Assembly: GCA_044892525.1 (NCBI GenBank)
Contig: CM097885.1
Coordinates: 24,368,001 to 24,432,000 of the forward strand
DNA length: 64,000 bases
Direction of reading: 5' to 3'
Source of the DNA: Schmidtea polychroa
Taxonomy: Eukaryota
The stretch's first letter is position 1; every line of letters starts with the position of its first letter. Under the pieces are notes generated by a model. It was not told the DNA's origin. It saw nothing but the letters and a program-made list of their open reading frames with translations, and ran no database searches. The translations under genes and the position numbers were made by a program. This document shows positions 10,380 through 21,793 of the stretch, piece after piece.

Positions 10380-10892
10380 ATGTTTTTGAGAGCGAGAGTT
10401 AAAAATCTTAGAAACGATATTGAAAAAGAAAAAATTAGTGTTGCACCAAAAACTAGTTATACACCTCCTAAAATACTTGTTACAGAAAACTTTCCATCAA
10501 TGAATCTCATTTCAAAAAATCCAAAATCTAAACCAAATAAAAAGCCTAAACAAGTAAAAACAATAAAAAATCATCGTAGTTTTCCATTTTTTAATGCATT
10601 GTTAAAGGCACCTAGCATGAAAAGAATGACTATTTTGCAATCATTTCCAAATTTTGTTGTAGATGATTTACTTGATATTATACTCAAAGTAGTTAAAGGC
10701 AAGACTATAATTAGCAAATCTGACAAAATTATTTTAAAAAAGTACCAAAAACCTCTGTTGACGCTAGTAAATAATAAAAATCGTAAGCAAATGAGAAAAA
10801 TTATATATAAACAACAAGGAGGGTTTATTGCTGCATTAATACCATTGGCATTATCATTATTAGGTGGAGCAGGTCTACTAAAATCGTCATAA
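10380..10892 (+). CDS. Basic putative virion core protein ending in QQGGF plus a hydrophobic tail
   Basis: Lys-rich. The C-terminal QQGGFIAALIPLALSLLGG resembles the GG-F/hydrophobic ends of adenovirus pX-like and Maverick core proteins. Confidence 0.7.
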   Translation: MFLRARVKNLRNDIEKEKISVAPKTSYTPPKILVTENFPSMNLISKNPKSKPNKKPKQVKTIKNHRSFPFFNALLKAPSMKRMTILQSFPNFVVDDLLDIILKVVKGKTIISKSDKIILKKYQKPLLTLVNNKNRKQMRKIIYKQQGGFIAALIPLALSLLGGAGLLKSS

Positions 10893-10895
10893 ACA

Positions 10896-11123
10896 ATGGG
10901 TGCTAATCCTTCATTACCTAATGTAAATTTTAATTTTAAATCTTCATGTTGTAATGGAGAAGATATGGACGAATCCAAAAGACGAAGCAGGTTTTGGTGG
11001 AGTCGAAAAATTAAAGAAAAGAGTTCAGAATTCGAAGATAGAAACCCAGAATTGGTTATCAGGTCAGCTCGCGTACAGTTTGAACAAGCCAATGCTGAAA
11101 AGATTTCCAACAAGACCATATAA
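10896..11123 (+). CDS. Small putative N-myristoylated protein overlapping the integrase 5' end
   Basis: ATG 3 nt after the previous stop; MGANPS fits MGxxxS; SSCC motif; last 170 nt overprint the integrase in another frame. Confidence 0.45.
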   Translation: MGANPSLPNVNFNFKSSCCNGEDMDESKRRSRFWWSRKIKEKSSEFEDRNPELVIRSARVQFEQANAEKISNKTI

Positions 11124-12010
11124 AACATTTGATATTGATGATTTATGGCAAATGGATTTGATGGAAATGATACCATATTCAAAGATTAATAAAGGATACA
11201 AGTATATTTTGACATGCATTGATGTTTTCAGTCGTTTTGCTCGAGCAATTCCTACCAAAACTAAGTCGGCCGAGGAAATATCCAAAGCAATTAAACTCAT
11301 GTTTACAGATGGATATCCAGACAATTTAAAAACAGATTTAGGTAAAATATTTGTAAAATCAAATTCATTATTTTTTCTTAGGAAAGGAATTTTACAACAG
11401 TAAAGTGAAACAAATCCTGGATAAACTCAAAATCAACCATTACTCTGTCCATTCTCAATTCAAAGCTGCTCTTGTTGAAAGATTTAATCGAACTCTGAGA
11501 GACAAGCTAAAAAAGTTGTTTGTACATCAGGGTAATAAGACATGGATAAATGTTTTACCTCAAATTATATATGGTTATAATCATTCATCACATCAAGGTT
11601 TGAAAGGTTTGAGACCTGTAGATATTTCATCAAAAACATCATTGAGATTGAAAAAGGTTGAAAAAATTAAAAAACCAAAATATAAAGTCGGTGACCATGT
11701 TAGAATTAGTAAAATTAGCGCATCACCATTCATTAAAAATTTCGATACAAATTGGAGTGATGAAGTATTTGTAATTTCAAAAATAAATACTAAGCAGAAT
11801 CCTGTAATGTATGTCGTCAAAGATAGTGATGAAAATATTGTACAAGGGAAATTTTATGAGCAAGAATTACAAGTTATTCCTCCCCCAAAAGTATTTAGAA
11901 TTCAAAAAATACTGAAAACTAAAAATAAAGGCAAGGATAAACAATACTATGTCAAATGGCACGGTTATCAAAAACCGTCATGGATATCGTCAAAAGACCT
12001 AGTAAAATAA
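10954..12010 (+). CDS. int: Retroviral-like DDE integrase with C-terminal chromodomain, 338 aa, join(10954..11341,11382..12010)
   Basis: WQMDL (D); TDLG|KEF (D), restored by removing the 40-nt GT-AG intron 11342-11381; VERFNRT (E); chromo-like IQKILK...YYVKWHGY..SWI. Confidence 0.93.
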
Positions 12011-13010
12011 ACTTTTATATTATTTTACCAAGCAATAGCTGTCCACTTATTCATCCAGATAATAAAGCCAGCAAATTCAGGGTCAATCTTCAAAATCCTA
12101 TATATTTGGATAATAGCTGGGAAGTTGCTCTGTTGGATTTTACATTTGTATACCAAGCCTTTCCATTTTATAGTAAGGCTAAAATTGGATACAAAAAGAA
12201 TGAGTGGCAGGATAGATTATTGTCTATGATCATTGATAATGCAGATGATGAAGTTCGGTTGTCTAATTCAACTGATTCAGCTGTGAAAATGTGTATTAAC
12301 CATCCATATATAGTAGTTGAATGTAAACATTATCCTTTTACTGTAAAATTTGATAGTTTGGAAATGGCAAAACGATTGGAATTAAAAACCCAAAGTCATA
12401 AAGTTCATTCCGATAAATTCACTGTGCTACGACCGGGATATTCCAAAACTGGACAGCGATTTGAACCAATTTTATTTACAGTTTCATATCCAGGTATAAG
12501 TCTGGTACATTTGAGTTCAAAGATAATTTATACATTTCGAAATTGGATGAATTGCAGTCATATTTAAAACAAAGTGGTTTATTTAAATCATTGGAAATAT
12601 CAGACAGATGCAAATTCAGTTTAAATCCCGAATTTACTGAAATTATTTTTGATGCAAATCTAATAAAAACATTAGGATTATCAAAAGCAACATATGCTCA
12701 AGATGATCAAGGTGTAAATACACCGAAAATAATTAAACTTCACCAACAAATGTTCATCTATAGTAATATTGTTGATCCTGTAATTGTTGGCGATTCTTTG
12801 GTCCCACTCCTGAAATCGGTTTGGATTGAAAAATATGAACATGATGAAGTTGTCAATATAAATATCGATAATCCCATGTATTTACCTGTTTCAACCTCAT
12901 GTATAAACAATATAGAAATAAATATACGTGATGATTCTGGTAAATTAATTGAATTTCCAAAAGATTCAAAAACTCATTTGACGCTACATTTTCGTAAAGT
13001 AGATGGCTAA
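11956..13010 (+). pseudogene. Minor capsid (penton-like) protein, frameshifted near 12500-12545
   Basis: N-terminal FYIILPSNS...WEVAL and C-terminal MFIYSNIV...VGDSLVPLL...IEINIRDDSG...LHFRK lie in two overlapping frames. Start may be at the later ATG (11980). Confidence 0.8.
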
Positions 13011-13371
13011 TTCGGATATTATTAGTATGTACAGTGGTAGCCAATCTGGCGGTGAATTACCATATTTTATCGGTAAACAGTACGGATCAGGATGGTTACG
13101 AACAATTGGTAGATTTGCACTTCCTATTCTTAAACGTATTGGTAGTTTTTGTATGAAAACTGCAAAAGACGTTATTATGAATGATCAGAAAATATTACCA
13201 TCCCTAAAATCTAATGCTTTGGCTGAATTAGGAAAAGTTATACCAAGTGTTGCTGGTATGTTTCAAAAAGATGAAGCCCCAGCTCCAGCACCTGCTCACA
13301 AACGTAAAAAACACCGATCATCACGTATAAACAAACGAATGAAAGGCCATGGAACTATATTTGCAAAATGA
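13003..13371 (+). CDS. Putative virion core/membrane-active protein with QxGG and QxGxG motifs
   Basis: QSGGELPYF, QYGSGWLRTIGRFALPILKRIG (amphipathic), basic tail ending in IF; lies between the two capsid genes. Confidence 0.75.
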   Translation: MANSDIISMYSGSQSGGELPYFIGKQYGSGWLRTIGRFALPILKRIGSFCMKTAKDVIMNDQKILPSLKSNALAELGKVIPSVAGMFQKDEAPAPAPAHKRKKHRSSRINKRMKGHGTIFAK

Positions 13372-14593
13372 TTTGTGGTAAATCCGAATTATGTATATTT
13401 GATAGACCAAGTCCCCAAGCGGTGATTGAATTTGGGGCGTTTGAGGAAGTTTTTCCAATGAATTCAATTACTGATAGTAGAAATGATGTATAATTTTACA
13501 TCAATGGTTCTCAAACAGAATATTTAGATTTGAACGATATTTTATTGTCTGTTCAGATCAAGGTTATAGATAAAGATAAAAAAGCTTTGGGTGATGCTGC
13601 TGATGCAATACCGAACAATTTCATGTTTCATACTCTGTTTAAAGATGCAGTTCTCGGATTTAATAATAGCAAGATTGAGGGTGGTAATAATACATTCATT
13701 CACAAGGCTTTGATAGAAACTATTTTAAATTACAATTCCGTTACTCAATTCCGATTGGTCTTACTCCAATGGGATATTCTGCAACCGACGATGAAAGAAA
13801 AAAGTGGATTAAAGGCTCAAAAACATTCACCATGTGCTCATCGTTACAACTCGATTTTATGGATCAACCGAAATATTTGCTTCCAGGAGTTAATGTCCAC
13901 ATTCGATTGAAAAGATCCGATTCTGCATTAACTCTTACTAGTGCTACAGGTGCACCAATATGTCAATTAGTTGATGCAAAATTATTAGTGAGAAGAGTTC
14001 GAGTAGACCCATCAGTATTAGCGGGTCATCAATTAGGGCTTAATTCGAAACATGCAATTTATCCATTAAAAACAAAGGAAATTGTACAATTTGCAATTGC
14101 TAAAGGTGCTTCATCATTCTATAAAGAACAGATATTTGGTGATAGAAGAATGCCTAATTTTATTCTGGTAACATTTCAAAGTGAAGCACAATATAATGGA
14201 TCATATACTGCTTCCAGCACAATTTTCAAAAACTTTGCTGTTACTTCATTAACTCTGTCGAAAAATACTGATTATCGAGAAACATATACTCAAGATTTCG
14301 ACACTGATAATTACTGTTCTACATATATGCAAAGTATTGTTAGAAATCTGGGATATTTAGATAAAAATTTGAATTGTGGAATAACTCTTGAAGAATTCAA
14401 AACAAAATACCCATTTTTCACATTTGTTTTAGCCCCCAATTTTGATTTAAATCAGAGTCAATTACCACAAAACGGGAATTTACGATTGGATATAAAGTTT
14501 GCGAGAGCCATTACAGAACCTGTGCATGTTATAATATATGGAGTATTTGAAAATGAAGTTCAAATTACTGCAAACAGGACCGTGCTGGTATAA
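13368..14593 (+). pseudogene. Major capsid protein (double jelly-roll), disrupted
   Basis: MICGKSELCIF start at 13368, in-frame TAA at 13491-13493, EYLDLND, frameshift near 13740-13765 (duplicated CAATTCCG), C-terminus GNLRLDIKFA...VIIYGVFENEVQI. Confidence 0.87.
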
Positions 14594-14997
14594 ATGTATA
14601 CAGAAATACAGAAAGTTGTCATGGAGTAAGTTGTTTTTTATACTGTTTAATTTATTAAAATAGTTCTGTTCAGGTTAATCGAATTGGAAAACAAATATTA
14701 AGAAATGAATTTTTAGGAGTTTTTCCTCTCGATAAAATACCATTTTTGAAAAATAATCAAGCCATAATCGTCAATACCCATTCATCTCATCTTGGCGGAG
14801 AGCATTGGATTGCAATCTATGTAAAACCAGATAAGATACATGTATTCGATCCTATGGGTTTCTATTATCCTGCTTTATTGGTTTCGAAACTACAAACAAT
14901 GGGCAAACCTATTGTATATAATAAAACAATGTATCAACACCCTTTAACTCGTACGTGCGGACAACATTGTTTAGGATGGCTTATGTCTATTAAATAA
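14594..14997 (+). CDS. Adenain-like (C5/Ulp1-fold) cysteine maturation protease, join(14594..14625,14664..14997)
   Basis: FLGVFPLD, IVNT...GEHW (His), FDPMG (Asp), YQ...TCGQHC (Cys). A 38-nt intron gives MD|SVQVNRIG in frame. Confidence 0.9.
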
Positions 14998-15047
14998 TAA
15001 ATGTTTTTATAAAAATATGTTTTTATTATTTTATAATTATTATTATG

Positions 15048-15107
<60 letters not shown>

Positions 15108-15273
15108 GTTTTATTATTTTTATAATTATTATTATGTTTTATATTATTACAATAATAACAAAGTCCGTCATGACGGTGCATGCTCCGTGCATGATTAACA
15201 AAGGCATGATATTATCACGTTATAAACAATTGTAATACAAATTTCATCATAATTATTTTATTACAATTTTAAA

Positions 15274-15666
15274 ATGTCATCAATTAATACTAAAATCAAT
15301 GTGGTTCTTTCGAGAAATGGTAAGGATTTTTAATTACTTATTTATATTAAATAATTAAATTTACAATTAGAAACTCGTACCGTTAACTCGTCAGTCTTCA
15401 ATAGGCGATTAGGTTCTGGAAATGATGGAAATGGTAAATTTATAATTATTATAAATACTTTTATTATTATTATTATCTTTATTATTTAGACAATTATTTT
15501 GGTGATTGGGCCGCAATTACCGAAAATGACGACATATTAGATATTTCAAACATATTCCAAAATGGTAATTTATTAGTTTAATTAAAATTGTATTACCATT
15601 AACATTTTAGAATCTTCTGTTTCGAATAACGAATCAAAATGTATGTTTCATTTTATTAATATATAG
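15274..15666 (+). CDS. Four-micro-exon ORF absent from the ORF track (15274-15319, 15371-15433, 15490-15564, 15611-15640 or -15666); small gene or 5' exons of pPolB
   Basis: Three phase-1 GT-AG introns (51, 56, 46 nt), each after AATG; spliced frame is stop-free: MSSINTKINVVLSRN/ETRTVNSSVFNRRLGSGNDGN/DNYFGDWAAITENDDILDISNIFQN/ESSVSNNESK. Confidence 0.65.
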
Positions 15667-15867
15667 TTTTTAATTAATTAATAACTTAATAATATAGATT
15701 TTATGTAAATATAATGTAAATATAACTTTATGTAAATTATTTCAGTAATCATTAAAATAGTAATTGAGTAGGTAGTTAGGAGCCCGCTGCAACAATGGGG
15801 GTACCCCCCCCCCCCCCTGTTGCACGATTTTTTTATGTTGCAACTTTTTATTACGCAATTGTTCCAC

Positions 15868-16560
15868 ACTATAGTGAGGGGGTCTCGATGGTCCTGGGAT
15901 TTTCAATACAAAAAAATTTTTTTTCAATACAAAAACGATGGTCCTGGGATTTTCAATACAAAAAATTTTTTTCAATACAAAAAGGCGGTCTCACTAAAAA
16001 AGCATGGAATTTTCAGACTATAGTGAGGGGGTCTCGATGGTCCTGGGATTTTTAATACAAATAAAATTTTTTCAATACATAAATCCGACTACCACTAAAA
16101 AAGCATGGAATTTTCACACTATAGTGAGGGGGTCTCGATGGTCCTGGGATTTTCAATACAAATAAAATTTTTTCAATACATAAATCCGACTACCACTAAA
16201 AAAGCATGGAATTTTCACACTATAGTGAGGGGGTCTCGATGGTCCTGGGATTTTCAATACAAATAAAATTTTTTCTATACAAAAATCCGACTATCAATAA
16301 AAAAGTCAAGGATTTATCACACTATAGTGAGGGGGTCTCGATGGTCCTGGGATTTTCAATACAAAAAAATTTTTTTCAATACAAAAAGGCGGTCTCACTA
16401 AAAAAGCATGGAATTTTCAGACTATAGTGAGGGGGTCTCGATGGTCCTGGGATTTTCAATACAAAAAAAAATTTTCAATACAAAAATCCGACTACCACTA
16501 AAAAAGCCAAGGATTTTTCAGACTATAGTGAGGTGAGTCTCCTTGGTCCTGAGAAATAGG
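15868..16560 (+). repeat. ~101-bp tandem repeat (ACTATAGTGAGGGGGTCTCGATGGTCCTGGGATTTTCAATACA...)
   Basis: Unit starts at 15868, 16017, 16118, 16219, 16321, 16421 and 16522; mirrored at about 27050-27565. Confidence 0.9.
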
Positions 16561-16584
16561 TGGTCTACACTAAAAACGTGGTAA

Positions 16585-17230
16585 ATTTTTCAATTAAAGT
16601 AAATAATGGTCCAAATTTTTCAATTACAGTAAATAATGGTTCTAAAAAATTAAATTACAGTAAATAATGGTTCTAAAAATTAAATTAAAGTAAATTATGG
16701 TCCAAATTTTTAAATTACAGTAAATTATGGTCCAAAAAATTGAATTAAAGTAAATTATGGTCCTAAAAATTAAATTACAGTAAATTATGGTTCTAAAAAT
16801 TAAATTACAGTAAATTATGGTTCTAAAAAATTAAATTACAGTAAATAATGGTTCTAAAAAATTAAATTACAGTAAATAATGGTCCTAAAAATTAAATTAC
16901 AGTAAATTATGGGTCTAAAAATTAAATTAAAGTAATTATGGTCCAAATTTTTCAATTACAGTAAATAATGGTTCTAAAAAATTAAATTAAAGTAAATTAT
17001 GGTCTAAATAAGTAAATTATGGTTCAAATTTTTCAATTAAAGTAAATAATGGTCCAAATTTTTCAATTAAAGTAAATTAAGGTTCTAAAAATTAAATTAC
17101 AGTAAATAATGGTCCAAATTTTTAAATTAAGTAATCAATGGTAAAAAAATTTTAAATAAGTAAATTAAAGTAATAATTTTTAAATAAGTAAATTAAAGTA
17201 ATGTAATAAGTAAATTAAAGTAAGATTTTA
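16585..17230 (+). repeat. ~30-bp AT-rich tandem repeat (AATTACAGTAAATAATGGTTCTAAAAAATTA)
   Basis: About 20 degenerate units; mirrored at about 26330-27025 and present at about 61500-61960. Confidence 0.9.
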
Positions 17231-17364
17231 AAATTTATTAACAAAAAGTTGAAGGTGTTTGAGAATTGAAATTTTTTAATGAAAATTTTTATGGAATAAT
17301 TTTTTAAGTAATTTTTAATGGAAATTTTTATGAAATATTTTTCAAAGACAAATTTTAATAATAA

Positions 17365-18450
17365 TTCAACAACAAACCAACAACTTAGTACCAACAACCA
17401 GTAACTTACGAACATGTTTTAACAACTAGATACCTACAACTAGTTACTAACAACTAGTTACCTGATATCAACTACTCACAACCAACAACAACCAGTTACT
17501 AAGCATTATTAACCAACTACTAAGTACCTACAACTAGATACCACGTACTAAATAACTCTCAAACAACCAAGTACCTCCAACTAGATACTAACAACTAGAT
17601 ACCAAGTACCTACAACTAGATACCACGTACTAACTGACTCTCAAACAACTAGATACTAACAACCAGTTACCTGCTACCAAGTACTTACAACTAGTTACTA
17701 ACAACCAACCAACTAGGTACTAGATACCAAGTACTAACAACCAACAACAACCAGGTACTAAGCATTATCAACCAACTAAATACTAAGTACTAACAACCAA
17801 CCAACTAGGTACTAGATACCAAGTACTAACAACCAACAACAACCAGGTACTAAGCATCATCAACTAACTACTAAGTACCTACAACCTACAACTAGATACT
17901 AACAACCAGTTACCTGATACCAAATACTTACAACTAGATACCAAGTACTATCAACCAAAAACAACCAACCAACTAGGTACTAGATACCAAGTACTAGCAA
18001 CCAACAACAACCAGGTACTAAGCATTATCAACCAACTAAATACTAAGTACTAACAACCAACCAAATAGGTACTAGATACCAAGTACTAAGCATTATTAAC
18101 CAACTACTAAGTACCTACAACCAACTAGCTACCACCTACCAAGTACCTACAACTAGATACTAACAACCAGTTACCAAGTACCTACAACCACCTACCCATT
18201 AACTAGCTACAACCAGCTAACAACTAGCTACCAACTACCAAGTACTAACAACCAACTAGCTACCACCTACCAAGTACTAACAAACAGTTACCAACTACTA
18301 AGCATTAATTACCTACAACTAGTTACTAACAACTAGATACCAAGTACATACAACCAACAACTAAGCATTATCAACCAAGTACTAACAACCAAGTAACTTA
18401 CCTAGTACTAAGCACTGTCAACTAGATACCAAACACTTACAACCAGATGA
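17365..18450 (+). repeat. Strand-biased mosaic repeat of short words (CAACTAGATAC, CAAGTACT, AACAACC, TAAGCATT)
   Basis: C/A-rich top strand; mirrored G/T-rich copy at about 25035-26120; related block at about 62250-63420. Confidence 0.88.
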
Positions 18451-18743
18451 CCACATGAAATTATTGGTTAAGTATGAAAATAAGGATTATATTTAGTTGT
18501 TAAGTAAATTATGGTGTAAAATTAAGAAATAAAGAATAATTAGGTAAATTAAAGTTAAAAATTTTAAATAAGTAAATTAAGGTTCAAAATTTAAAATTAA
18601 GTATCCAATGGTTCAAATTTTAAATTAAAGCTAAATAAGTAAATTAAAGTAAGATTTTTAAATTTATTATCAAAAGATTGAATAACCACCAACTTTTTTG
18701 AGAAATGTAATTTATAATGAAAATTTAAATGGAAATTTAAATG

Positions 18744-18825
<82 letters not shown>

Positions 18826-21204
18826 TATACTAATAATTCAACAGTTACCAACAATCGGTTACTGATTATTTTTTAACTAGGTGCTAACAAATACTTACAC
18901 CATGATACCACGTACTAACTAAATCTCAAACAACCAGATACTTACAACTAACTACTAAATATTCTTTATTGTATTTTATGAAATGCTTTTTAAATTAATT
19001 TTTTATCTATCTTCAAAAATATGTTTAATTACAATCAATAGAAAACCTTTTCAAATTTAACAAAAATGTTGATTTTCATCAAAAAACCACAACTCATCAC
19101 CACGTGGAATTCAAAATAATTTTAATTACAATGAAAGACTAATGAATTCTAATTTACAAAACATTCTTCTTTTAAATGAAAACTACTGACTTATTATTGC
19201 AAAGTAAAAATCGCATTCAATAAATACTTATTGTTGATCAGTTTTATTATATATACTCTTAGTCTATCCGACAGGATGTTTTGACCCCCTAAGGGTACAG
19301 GTCGTAAGGGCACTGGTCGTAAGGGTATTAGTCGTAAGGGTACTGGTCGTAAGGATATTGCTAACTCTCAACCCCCCATCTACCAATTAACTAGATACTA
19401 ACAATCACCATAAAAACCCATCGAGAAATTAACAAATATCAACCTACAACTATATAACAACAATCAGTAAACAACACTATACCAACTACCAAATATAAGA
19501 TACCAACAACTTAATATCATCTACCAGTAACTATAAACACGTATTTTCAATTAGATACCAAGTACTTACAACAATATACCAAACGCTATCAGTTAAGTAC
19601 TTACAACAAGATACCAAAACTATCAGCAAAATACTATCAACCAGATACCAAGTACCAACAATCAACTAACAACACATAAAAATAATAGCAATTAAATACA
19701 AAATATTCTTCATCGCATACACTATTTTCTTATCAAAATCTAAAAAGTCAACCAACTACTTACAACCTACAACTATGTATTAACAAATTGATCTTTAAAA
19801 GCAAACACTCATCACTTGAAAATATTTGATGAAAAATTAATTGAACTCAAGGAACTTTTAAGATTTACCAATAACTAGGTAAAAATTGATTAAATTATTG
19901 TAAAAATTTAAATTATTCTAAATATACTAAATAAAAAAATATAATTAATAGACAAGAAAGAATTCTAATCATTAATCATCCAGTAAATAAAAAAATACTG
20001 ATCATTCAAGTTGAATCAACTAAGATATTAAATTAATAAGATAAGATTTAGTAGATAATTGATTTAGATTGAATAAATTAATTGAAATAAAATTAATTTT
20101 AATTTTTTTTAAAAAGTAATACATGTACTCAAATTGATTGACTGATTTCTCAATATATTCAAAAAATCAGTATAAATTCATTACAATTATCAAAGTCAGC
20201 AATCTACAATAAAAATAATTATCATTAAATTCCAAAAGAGACTAGATAACTAATGATAACATCTAACAAACCAGTAAATTCATTTAAATGGCAATAATTG
20301 GTATATCCAAGTGAATTCTCCAATAAAATCATCTAAAAAGAATCATTTCCCCCTAAATATATCAATATTTAAAGATTGGTATTTTAATGATAAGTACTTG
20401 TTAAAGATCATATATTCACCTCAAACTAACAAGATTCCTTAAAATCCCCTTAAATGACTATATTTCTATCCTTAATTCATATTATTACAAATATCATCTA
20501 AAAAGCATCAAATTTCCCTGAAATATATCAATATTTAAAGATTGATATTTTAATGATAAGTACCCGTAAAGGATCATATATTCCCCTCAGACTAATAAGA
20601 TTGCTTAAAGTCCCATTTAAATGACTATAATTCTAACTTTAATTCCTATTATCACGAATATTTCCCTATAAAACATGTAAAATCATTAACCCTAAATAAT
20701 TTATAAAATCTAATGATAAAACTGGTTATAATTAATTTTTTGTTAATCACTGTACTCGATATTTTAAATAAATATTACTACAATATAACTGACTAGGTCC
20801 CATTGAAAGATTAAATTTATCCATTCAATAAAATATATTTCTTCAAATGATCATTTTTACCGATATTCAACCGATTTAATCATTAATTAAAATCAAGATT
20901 TCTTCCAATAAAGATCAATTTTATTTAGTCAATGTTTTAAGTTCATATTTCTCAACTTTTGTCGTTGTCCGTCTAAATAAAGATAAAAATAATTTAAAGT
21001 TGATATCAATCCCATTTATCTGTAAAGTTTTCATTGTCAAAACCAAGTAAATCGATCATTATCCCTACTTAATAAAACATAAGTCTAAATTAATATACAA
21101 TGGATTAATCACAACCTAATAAAACGATATAATTATTATTGATACATAACTGACTAATTGACATTTCCCTTAAAACAATGATATTTTACCAACATCACCA
21201 TTAA

Positions 21205-21510
21205 AAAAATCATATATTCCCATCTTAACCCATGTCTCATTAAATTTAACCGACTATATTCCCATCTTAACCCATCCTTCATTAAATTCAATCGACTATA
21301 TCTCCCTTACAGTGATATATTTCCATCTTATCTGATCTCTCATTAAATCTAACCGACTATATCCCCTTAAAAAATTATATATTCCCATCTTATCTGATCT
21401 CTCATTAAATCTAACCGACTATATCCCTTTAAAAATCATATATTCCCATCTTAACCCATCCCTCATTAAATTTAATAACCGACAATATCCCATCTTATCC
21501 GATCTCTCAG
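21205..21510 (+). repeat. ~40-60 bp tandem repeat in the foldback spacer (ATATTCCCATCTTA...TCATTAAAT...CCGACTAT)
   Basis: 5-6 degenerate units visible. Confidence 0.75.
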
Positions 21511-21739
21511 CAAATATTTCTACCCTTTTAAACATCTATCCGATTATATCCCTTATTTTCCCTAAAGATTTCACCCACTTGAGCCCTTTAATATATATCA
21601 ATCCTCTTAAAATCCTCAGAGAACTTCAAAAATATGACTTTTAATTAATTGCTATAGGAACCAGACAAATAATAAGAGCCCACTAAAAGATCAAAATTCA
21701 CTAAATTTTCTACAAATATTTACCATCAAATACTGGATA

Positions 21740-21793
<54 letters not shown>

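Larger units (their letters stand above)
15767..20812 (+). repeat. Left arm of the foldback element
   Basis: Reverse complement of 22851-27689; near-identical to about 20720, more diverged to about 20812. Confidence 0.9.

Noticed and set aside
10571..11182. 203-aa minus-strand ORF and other antisense ORFs over transposase, integrase and pPolB
   Set aside because: Shadow frames of well-supported genes; no motifs.
15678..16427. Short ORFs in the foldback termini (also 27073, 61129)
   Set aside because: Arise from repeat units and G/C runs; frames are not conserved between copies.
15868..16560. CRISPR-like appearance of the 101-bp array
   Set aside because: Whole units repeat with no unique spacers; no cas genes; eukaryotic context.
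17365..18450. Telomeric repeat interpretation of the C/A-rich block
   Set aside because: No fixed TTAGGG-like period; internal to an element arm.
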